NCBI GenBank assembly: GCA_964638145.1
Contig: CAZXAK010000040.1
Span: forward strand, 3,852 to 67,851
Reading direction: 5' to 3'
Origin: an uncultured Desulfobacterales bacterium
Lineage (GTDB): Bacteria > Desulfobacterota > Dissulfuribacteria > Dissulfuribacterales > QOAL01
Length of the DNA stretch: 64,000 nucleotides
Shown here: positions 57,297 through 64,000 of the stretch, piece by piece
Position numbering within the stretch: the stretch's first letter is position 1
How the letters are laid out: every line of letters begins with the position of its first letter
Notes under the pieces: generated by a model
Database searches by the model: none
Told to the model about the DNA's origin: nothing
What the model saw: only the letters and a program-made list of their open reading frames with translations
Made by a program: the position numbers and the translations under genes

Positions 57297-58496
57297 TTAC
57301 CTGCCATCTTTTCTGGAAAACCACCGGACCGCAAGTGAATCCTGGGGCATGGAGTCAATAGTGCCAAACCATGATTCAAGCTCCTGCCCCCTGATGAACC
57401 GTAGCCAAACCGCAATTGCCAGCCTGATCAACAGAAAGATGGTGGTCAAAACCGTCCACCATGCCACTGCAACCAGGCCAACGTCTGGCCTTCCCAGCAA
57501 AAGCGATACAGTGAGAATAATCATACATGGGTTGCGGCGGGCAGTAACCAGTCTGAAGAAAGAATCAACCGGCCTCCAGCAAAATATTCCAAAACTGCCC
57601 AGTGTCCACTTGAATGTCCCCTCCACAAGGCGACCCACGATATATGCAAGAAAAATCCACCACATGACAGTGGACAGAGGGGTATCAACATCATATCTAC
57701 CAGCCTGCTGAAGCCCCATCCCCCACAGCAGATACCAGAACGGCGGATGCACCAGATCTATAACATGGTCAAAATAGTGACCAAACTTGCTTGAAGTAAC
57801 AGTAACCCTTGCAAGTTTGCCATCAACCGTATCAAGGAAGGTCATGAGCCAGCCTGCCAATAGACCAGCGTAGAAATGACCTGTATAAAAGAACCAGCCT
57901 GCTGCCAGCACAAGCAGAAAACCGAAGGCAGTGACATGGTTGGGTCTAAGCCCAAGCTGAACACATCTCTTTACCACCCTTCTTGCAGGAGCCGGCCAGA
58001 ACCACTTGGTTACCAGATCAGTCACCCCCTTGTATGACCAGTCGAAGATCCTCTTCTCAAGCATGTCCTCCTGGCCAGGCCTGACCTGAATCACAAACGG
58101 GGGTTCAAACTTCCTGAGCCGTTGGTTGAACGAGACAGGCAGCTCGTCTGTACCTCTCAGGACAGGGCCGGCAGGAGGCTTTGCGAAACAGGGATCTTTC
58201 ATGTACTTTACAGTTTGGGCCAAGATGGAGACAGGTACATGTGCCGCAAACGGTACTGCCTGCCCCCCATCCTGCTTCAGCACAATGAGGTCAGGGGTAA
58301 CGGAAAGATATTTCAACAACCTGTCATCTATCAGATAGTCACCCCTGACTACGATAACGCTGGCATCTTCCGGTATGTCCTCCATGCGAGTGACAGGCTG
58401 GACCATGTCACCGAGGATTCTACCTGTTCTCTCGCCTGGGGTAAGGCCCCAGACTTTGACACTGCTCCTATCTATTATATATAGATATAACTTCAT
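57297..58496 (-). CDS. CDP-alcohol phosphatidyltransferase with an N-terminal degenerate nucleotidyltransferase-like cytoplasmic domain
   Basis: Signature D-x2-DG-x2-AR-x8-G-x3-D-x3-D is present as DTVDGKLARVTVTSSKFGHYFDHVID. Multiple TM segments. The N-terminal domain (about 180 aa) lacks a GxGxR loop. Confidence 0.8.
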   Translation of the reverse strand: MKLYLYIIDRSSVKVWGLTPGERTGRILGDMVQPVTRMEDIPEDASVIVVRGDYLIDDRLLKYLSVTPDLIVLKQDGGQAVPFAAHVPVSILAQTVKYMKDPCFAKPPAGPVLRGTDELPVSFNQRLRKFEPPFVIQVRPGQEDMLEKRIFDWSYKGVTDLVTKWFWPAPARRVVKRCVQLGLRPNHVTAFGFLLVLAAGWFFYTGHFYAGLLAGWLMTFLDTVDGKLARVTVTSSKFGHYFDHVIDLVHPPFWYLLWGMGLQQAGRYDVDTPLSTVMWWIFLAYIVGRLVEGTFKWTLGSFGIFCWRPVDSFFRLVTARRNPCMIILTVSLLLGRPDVGLVAVAWWTVLTTIFLLIRLAIAVWLRFIRGQELESWFGTIDSMPQDSLAVRWFSRKDGR

Positions 58497-58554
58497 ACTT
58501 TATCTTTCCTGTGTTCCTTAATCCTTGACAAAATTTTAACGACCCGACCTGCGC

Positions 58555-59526
58555 ATGTCCGAGACTATATCCAACAATGCCCAAACCCGCCCATTCCGGC
58601 TGGCCCACCTTTCCGATCCACATCTTGCCTACACACACAATGTGTACCTGCATCAGATAATGAACAAGCGCATTCTTGGATATATACGCTGGAAACTTGG
58701 CAGACAGTCCCGTCAGGACTCAACCATAGCAGATCTGATGGTCAAGGACATTAAGGACCTGCGGGCTGACCATACAGTTATCACCGGAGATATCACCCAT
58801 CTCGGACTCCCAAGAGAATTCATTCATGTGAAAAAATGGCTCAGGAGACTAAACTCTTGCAGTAGGATTTCAATAGTGCCTGGGAACCACGACATCTACG
58901 TAAAAGAACCCTGGAGCAGGTCCTTTGAAAACTGGACAGAGTTTTTCCATCCTGCCCCGCAGACAGGGAAAAAGCCGCATAGAAGTCTGACAGACGTGTT
59001 TCCAACCCTGGAGATTACAGGCAGTATAGCCCTTATAGGCCTTTCATCAGCAGTACCGACTGCTCCCCATCTTGCCACAGGTTACATTGGTACTGAACAG
59101 CTCTCAAGGCTTGAGGCTATCCTGAAACAGCTCCAGGGTCAACGCATTTTCCGGATAATATTTCTGCATCACCCCCCTGTCCCAGGCATTGTGGGACAGA
59201 GAAAATGCCTGACAGATGCCCCTGATCTTAGAGACATTATAGCACAGTACGGATGCGAAATGGTCCTGCATGGCCATGCCCACAGATGCGTCTTGAGCTC
59301 GGTAAAGACCCCTGGCGGCATTGCACCAGTTTTCGGATCTCCCTCTGCCACATCAACAGGGGACAGTCTGGAAAAACGTGCGGGCTGGTTTCTTCACGAG
59401 ATAAGCACGCATTGCCCCCGTTGCAAAGGTTTTGTTCTGCGTAGCCGCAAACGTGTGTTCAGCACTACTGAAAGGGTCTTTAACTGGAGCACACAAAAGT
59501 ACGAAAAAACCATATATTACACATAA
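58555..59526 (+). CDS. Calcineurin-like metallophosphoesterase
   Basis: DPH, GDITHLG, GNHD, HHPP and GHAH motifs in the canonical order. Confidence 0.85.
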   Translation: MSETISNNAQTRPFRLAHLSDPHLAYTHNVYLHQIMNKRILGYIRWKLGRQSRQDSTIADLMVKDIKDLRADHTVITGDITHLGLPREFIHVKKWLRRLNSCSRISIVPGNHDIYVKEPWSRSFENWTEFFHPAPQTGKKPHRSLTDVFPTLEITGSIALIGLSSAVPTAPHLATGYIGTEQLSRLEAILKQLQGQRIFRIIFLHHPPVPGIVGQRKCLTDAPDLRDIIAQYGCEMVLHGHAHRCVLSSVKTPGGIAPVFGSPSATSTGDSLEKRAGWFLHEISTHCPRCKGFVLRSRKRVFSTTERVFNWSTQKYEKTIYYT

Positions 59527-59557
59527 TATTTCACATTATAGGTGAATGTTATGTTGC

Positions 59558-60622
59558 TCACAACACCCTTCTGAGTCTCAAAATGGCCATGGTCGCCACC
59601 ACCACTGTAGGCGTGAAAGCAATCACAAACGGGGGCAAATCAAAAAAGGTTCCAATGTCGGTTACCAATTGTTGTCCAAAGTAGAGTGCGATCCCCACAA
59701 ATGAACCTGCTGTCATTCTGAGCCCTGCTCCCATCTCCCGTACAGGTCCGAATACAAAGGTAAGGGACAGCAGGGCCATTGCCGCTGTGGTAAATGGCAA
59801 ACTAAACTTTTTCCACAGGGCAAGGGCGTAGTGTCTGGCACTCTGGCCACTCTTTTCAAGGGCACTGATATACTGGAGGAGCTCCAGGGTGGAAAGGGCA
59901 GTAGGAGGCAACTCCAGGGCGCTTACCTGTTCAGGATTCAGAAAACCGTTCAGGACAAGTGAATGCATGGCCTCGGCCCTGATCTTGTCCCCCTCCATGT
60001 GCTTTACTATCACATCTTCAAGGATCCATCTGTCTTTGAATATCCTGGCACTGTTGGCATGCACCACCTTCCTGAGTCTGTCCATCTCATCGTACTCAAA
60101 TATGTCAACTCCGGAGACGGTCCCGTTATCCCCCACGTTCTCCACATGGATGAACGAATCGTGGAATCTGGCCCAGAAACCATGCCTCACAGGTTTCACA
60201 GCGTTACCTGCAAAGGCCTGAAACCTCAAATTTCGCGCCTTCTGTTCAAGTCCGGGGACAACCGTCTCACCTGCCACCAAGGAAAAAAACATGATCACCA
60301 TACAGGAAGCCATTACAGGTGCGCTTATCCTCCGGATGGATATACCTGACGCCTGCATGGCAAGGAGCTCACTCCTGTCACTAAGGACACCCAGCGAGAT
60401 AATCCCACCGAGCAGAACGGTCATGGGCAAGAGGTCCTGCAACCTGCCCGGCAGTGTCAACAGGACAAATGCAAGTGCATCTTCAACACTGTACGTACCT
60501 TTCCCCACACTCTCGAGCTGGGAAACCAACTCAAAAAAACTGAACAGGATACCTGGAATAGCAAGGACAATAAAAAAAAACTTGAAAAAATACCTTGCGA
60601 TATAGAGATCGAGAATCTTCAT
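59558..60622 (-). CDS. lptG: LptG-like permease (YjgP/YjgQ family)
   Basis: MKILDLYIARYFFKFFF... ATG 60622 overlaps the lptF stop (ATGA). The track is over-extended to 60889. Confidence 0.8.
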   Translation of the reverse strand: MKILDLYIARYFFKFFFIVLAIPGILFSFFELVSQLESVGKGTYSVEDALAFVLLTLPGRLQDLLPMTVLLGGIISLGVLSDRSELLAMQASGISIRRISAPVMASCMVIMFFSLVAGETVVPGLEQKARNLRFQAFAGNAVKPVRHGFWARFHDSFIHVENVGDNGTVSGVDIFEYDEMDRLRKVVHANSARIFKDRWILEDVIVKHMEGDKIRAEAMHSLVLNGFLNPEQVSALELPPTALSTLELLQYISALEKSGQSARHYALALWKKFSLPFTTAAMALLSLTFVFGPVREMGAGLRMTAGSFVGIALYFGQQLVTDIGTFFDLPPFVIAFTPTVVVATMAILRLRRVL

Positions 60623-61686
60623 GATGGCCATGATAGAAGACCCGGATATCGCATGAACAGCAATATCAGCACGGCTATTGCTATCTGACTCCACCATATA
60701 CCGGGAAGAGGCAAAATTACGCCCTGAGCCACCCACTTTTTCAGCAGGGCAGCAAGGATATAATAGACCGCAAAGATCACGATAGCCACTGGAGCCGCTG
60801 CAGACCGCCCCTGACGGGTACCCGATCTGCCCAGAGGCACGCCGAGCAGCGCAAGAAGGACAGTTGATACTGGCGTAACCAGCCTCCACTGAAATTCTGC
60901 ACGCTCCTCAAGGTCACGGGGGTGGACAAGCTCAGATGTGGGTAACGCCTTCACCCTCTCCTGCCTTACAATACCCGCGGGTTCAATCACCATCTGGGAA
61001 CGTTCAAACTGCACCATGAACTCCCTGGGACCATCTGGCGAGTACTCATACTGATTACCGTTGAACAGGACAAGCACAGGCCGGCCAATCTTTTTGTCAT
61101 AAAACTGTCTGGCCTCTTGCGCGGCAATGACTTGGATGGAATCATCACGATAAGTATAGATGAACAGATTACGGGCAATATTTTTCCCCCTGTCCACCTC
61201 TACGGCAAAGATTACCCTCTTCCCATGCCACAACTCGTAAAAGGTGCCACCTTTCATGCGGGTAAGGTCAAAACTGGCCTTTGCCTCACTTTTGAGACGA
61301 AAAAACTGTTCCCAGGCCCAGGGCCGGATGTACAGGGAGAAACTGGATACCAGCAGTGCAGCAACAACAGAGAGCATGAAAACTGCCCTGACGATGCGCC
61401 CTGTGCCTATGCCGCATGCTGCCATGGCAGTAATCTCAGCGTTCCTGTAGAGACGATTGATGGCTGTTACCACGGAGAGATACAGGGTGGTGGGAATTAG
61501 GACTTCAAGGGAGATGGTGATGCGAAGCAGAATTAACAACATCACCGTAGTTGCAGGTAACTGCCCCTGAGCAGCATCTGCCCAGTACCTGGTGGCAATA
61601 TATGTCCCAAAGATAAAGACCAACAACAAACACGTAATTACTGCTGGTCTGACTATCTCCCGGATTATGTAGCGCTCAGCAATCAA
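60619..61686 (-). CDS. lptF: LptF-like permease (YjgP/YjgQ family)
   Basis: MIAERYIIREIVRPAVITCLLLVFIF... Six predicted TM segments with a central periplasmic domain. Confidence 0.8.
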   Translation of the reverse strand: MIAERYIIREIVRPAVITCLLLVFIFGTYIATRYWADAAQGQLPATTVMLLILLRITISLEVLIPTTLYLSVVTAINRLYRNAEITAMAACGIGTGRIVRAVFMLSVVAALLVSSFSLYIRPWAWEQFFRLKSEAKASFDLTRMKGGTFYELWHGKRVIFAVEVDRGKNIARNLFIYTYRDDSIQVIAAQEARQFYDKKIGRPVLVLFNGNQYEYSPDGPREFMVQFERSQMVIEPAGIVRQERVKALPTSELVHPRDLEERAEFQWRLVTPVSTVLLALLGVPLGRSGTRQGRSAAAPVAIVIFAVYYILAALLKKWVAQGVILPLPGIWWSQIAIAVLILLFMRYPGLLSWPS

Positions 61687-61722
61687 GGCATGCGCAGGCC
61701 AAGATACAGATCGCCATTGCCC

Positions 61723-62514
61723 TTATCTGTGTTCCTGAACGGTTCCATGCATACCACCGGTATGCATGGTCTCTTCAACACGAAAAAGGGCAGCAGATGC
61801 AGCCATTACACTGCCTGCATTGTACAGATCGTTTTGATAGTCAATCTCGCACCATGACAGGCCCGTGATGGAACAGGTCATCACTGCCATATGCCGGGCA
61901 AGGCTGTCTATCACGGACAGATACCATCTGCCGCTACTTTCAGGGTCCTGGACCGCATCTTCAAGGGCCTTGCTGAAGATGCCAGGCCCCTCACCGAGAA
62001 AACGGATCAAGCCAATGGACTCGCCATGGACCCTGCCAACAGGCAGATCCTTGCCAATGCGCACAAGACGCCTTTGATCAAGGATCACCTTCATGTCATC
62101 TTCATCATAGCTCTCTTTGGAGTTTATGGTTACGGTAATAGGGGTTACAGGTGAATCGAGAAGCTGTCTCACCACTTCAGTCTCAAACAGAGTATCTCCA
62201 TTGAGCAGCAAAAAGTCCTGGTCCATCTCATTGCGTGCCCAGTAACAGCTCACCAGGTTATCCGAGACCGAATACTGGGAATTGTACAGGGTTCTCACAC
62301 CCCTGTCTGCATAATGCCCTGCAATCAAGTTGTCTACCTTGGAGGCCCCATACCCTGTGACAACTACTATATCATCAACTCCTGCCTGATGAAGTGTATC
62401 CAACTGCCATTCCAGTATGGTCCTGCCTGCCACATCCAGCAGACACTTGGGGACAGAGGCGGTAAGGGGAAGGAGACGCTTGCCCTGACCTGCACTCAAT
62501 ATTATAGCCTTCAC
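61723..62514 (-). CDS. Nucleotidyltransferase (sugar-/alcohol-phosphate cytidylyl- or nucleotidyl-transferase family)
   Basis: MKAIILSAGQGKRLLPLTASVPKCLLDVAGRTILEWQL. The substrate cannot be inferred from the sequence. Confidence 0.75.
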   Translation of the reverse strand: MKAIILSAGQGKRLLPLTASVPKCLLDVAGRTILEWQLDTLHQAGVDDIVVVTGYGASKVDNLIAGHYADRGVRTLYNSQYSVSDNLVSCYWARNEMDQDFLLLNGDTLFETEVVRQLLDSPVTPITVTINSKESYDEDDMKVILDQRRLVRIGKDLPVGRVHGESIGLIRFLGEGPGIFSKALEDAVQDPESSGRWYLSVIDSLARHMAVMTCSITGLSWCEIDYQNDLYNAGSVMAASAALFRVEETMHTGGMHGTVQEHR

Positions 62515-62787
62515 TTAAATATGCTCCATTTGTAGTATTGCCGGCCCTTGCCATCAATCAGTATAGGTCCACCTTGGTTACTGCTGACATCTATCAATGA
62601 TATGAATCATTTTCTATTTCCAATGGACCTATCAGGCAGTAGACTGCCACCTCTGTACCTGCACTCAGGGCTTGACGCTACGGACAATATCCACCCTTGG
62701 GCCTGGCGGGGTTTAGGTATAATTTGTTTTTCCGGTTATGTCTACTTTAAGTACAAGGACAGACACTGTCCAGGGTGACATGGAACC

Positions 62788-63969
62788 ATGGATATGATGA
62801 TGGACAAAAACTCATTGAAACACCAGGATTACATTGAAATAAAAGGCTTTCCCAATCTGGAGGACAGAAGGACATGCAAAGAGTTCCTATCTGTTCCGTG
62901 GTCCATATATAAGGACGATGCCGCCTGGGTCCCTCCCTTGCACATAGAACGAAGGATGCACCTGTCCGCCTCCAATCCCTACTTCAAACACGCAAAATGC
63001 CGTTTCTGGATAGCCTACCGACAGGGAATTCCTGTAGGCAGGATAAGCGCCCAGATAGACAGCCTACATATTGACCGCTATCAAGACAGTACTGGTTTTT
63101 GGGGTATGCTTGAGGCCGAAAACCGGAAAGATACCGTTGAAGCCCTGCTCCATAAAGCAGAACAATGGCTCAGGGCACATGGCATTAAACAGGCACTGGG
63201 CCCATTCAACCTATCCATAAACCAGGAGTGCGGTCTGCTCGTGGATGGTTTCAACACTCCACCATCCATGATGATGGGACACGCACGGCCCTGGTACAAG
63301 ACACACATAGAGGCATGCGGCTACACCAAGGCAAAGGACCTCCTCGCATATACAATTGACAGGGATCAGGGTCAACCTTTAGCAATAAGGCGCCTTCTTG
63401 AAAAAAACTCCAGGGGGATGCGCACCAGAGGCATTGACAAATCAAGGCTTGAGCAGGAGATGGATACGATATTTGGCATATTTAACAATGCCTGGTCCAA
63501 CAACTGGGGATTTATTCCCTTTGAGAGGGATGAGTATCAGGAAATAGGCAACACCATGAGATACATAGCAGACAGCAGACTGATCCGCATTGCGGAGATA
63601 GATGATGAACCTGCAGGTTTCATCGTGGTGCTTCCCAACCTGAACGAGGCCATAAAGGACCTCAATGGCAGGCTCCTGCCCTTTGGCTGGTTGAAGATAA
63701 TATGGCGCATGAAGGTCAAGCGTCCGGAAACAGGCCGCGTCCTGTTGATGGGAGTAATCAAAAAATACAGGGATACCCTTGCCGGAGCAGCTATTACCTA
63801 CGGTCTATTCAGTGACATACAACAGGCAGTGCGCGAACTGGGCATGAAGAGGCTGGAACTTTCATGGATATTGGAAGACAATATGATAATGAGGCGCATT
63901 ATAGAGGCCCTTGGCGGCAAGGTATACAAGACCTACCGGATCTATGGGAGGAAGATTGGAGATACATGA
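62788..63969 (+). CDS. Conserved protein, probably a two-lobed GNAT-like acyltransferase (uncertain)
   Basis: 393 aa. WVPPLHIERRMHLSASNPYFKHAKCRFWIAYRQGIPVGRISAQID resembles a family I recall as annotated GNAT N-acetyltransferase. I recognised no catalytic motif. Confidence 0.35.
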   Translation: MDMMMDKNSLKHQDYIEIKGFPNLEDRRTCKEFLSVPWSIYKDDAAWVPPLHIERRMHLSASNPYFKHAKCRFWIAYRQGIPVGRISAQIDSLHIDRYQDSTGFWGMLEAENRKDTVEALLHKAEQWLRAHGIKQALGPFNLSINQECGLLVDGFNTPPSMMMGHARPWYKTHIEACGYTKAKDLLAYTIDRDQGQPLAIRRLLEKNSRGMRTRGIDKSRLEQEMDTIFGIFNNAWSNNWGFIPFERDEYQEIGNTMRYIADSRLIRIAEIDDEPAGFIVVLPNLNEAIKDLNGRLLPFGWLKIIWRMKVKRPETGRVLLMGVIKKYRDTLAGAAITYGLFSDIQQAVRELGMKRLELSWILEDNMIMRRIIEALGGKVYKTYRIYGRKIGDT

Positions 63970-64000
63970 CTCTCAAGTGCTGCACATAGAACAGGATTTG

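Overview
64-kb chromosomal window, roughly 50% GC by eye. The gene content looks like a Desulfobacterota (sulfate-reducer-like) genome; that assignment is inference from gene families, not a search. Most of the window is housekeeping: rho, rpmE, prfA-prmC, rpsU, recA, alaS, parAB, hflX, hemC-cobA/hemD, icd, glgP, clpS-clpA, tlyA, mrp/apbC, flgM, hup and lptFG. Five less ordinary parts sit among these. (1) An RsbR-RsbS-RsbT stressosome-type operon at 12790-16945. It has a Cys-rich PAS sensor, an RsbT-like/PP2C fusion, and a histidine-kinase-like output whose phospho-acceptor His is replaced by Asp. (2) Three tandem paralogous multihaem cytochromes c with 12+20+12 CxxCH motifs, built from tetrahaem modules arranged A-B-C, A-B-A-B-C and A'-B-C, followed by a membrane-anchored Sel1-repeat protein (32613-37292). 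(3) A two-TM periplasmic-sensor protein whose cytoplasmic output is an AlbA_2/Schlafen-like domain (30574-32226). (4) A lipid-type gene island at 54377-63969: Tam41-like nucleotidyltransferase, GT2, DAG-kinase-like kinase, a CDP-alcohol phosphatidyltransferase fusion, a metallophosphoesterase, a nucleotidyltransferase with lptF-lptG, and a double-GNAT-like protein. (5) Two families of non-coding MITE-like inverted-repeat elements, all intergenic. Family A has six copies forming a nested-deletion series of 52-266 bp. Family B has four copies of about 155-177 bp with 13-bp TIRs; one copy has a perfect 9-bp target-site duplication. A sequence block shared with family A also occurs alone. I recognised no rRNA, tRNA, CRISPR array, transposase or prophage gene. 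Start codons were refined by hand where the ORF track clearly over-extends. All homology calls rest on motif recognition from memory, not on database searches.
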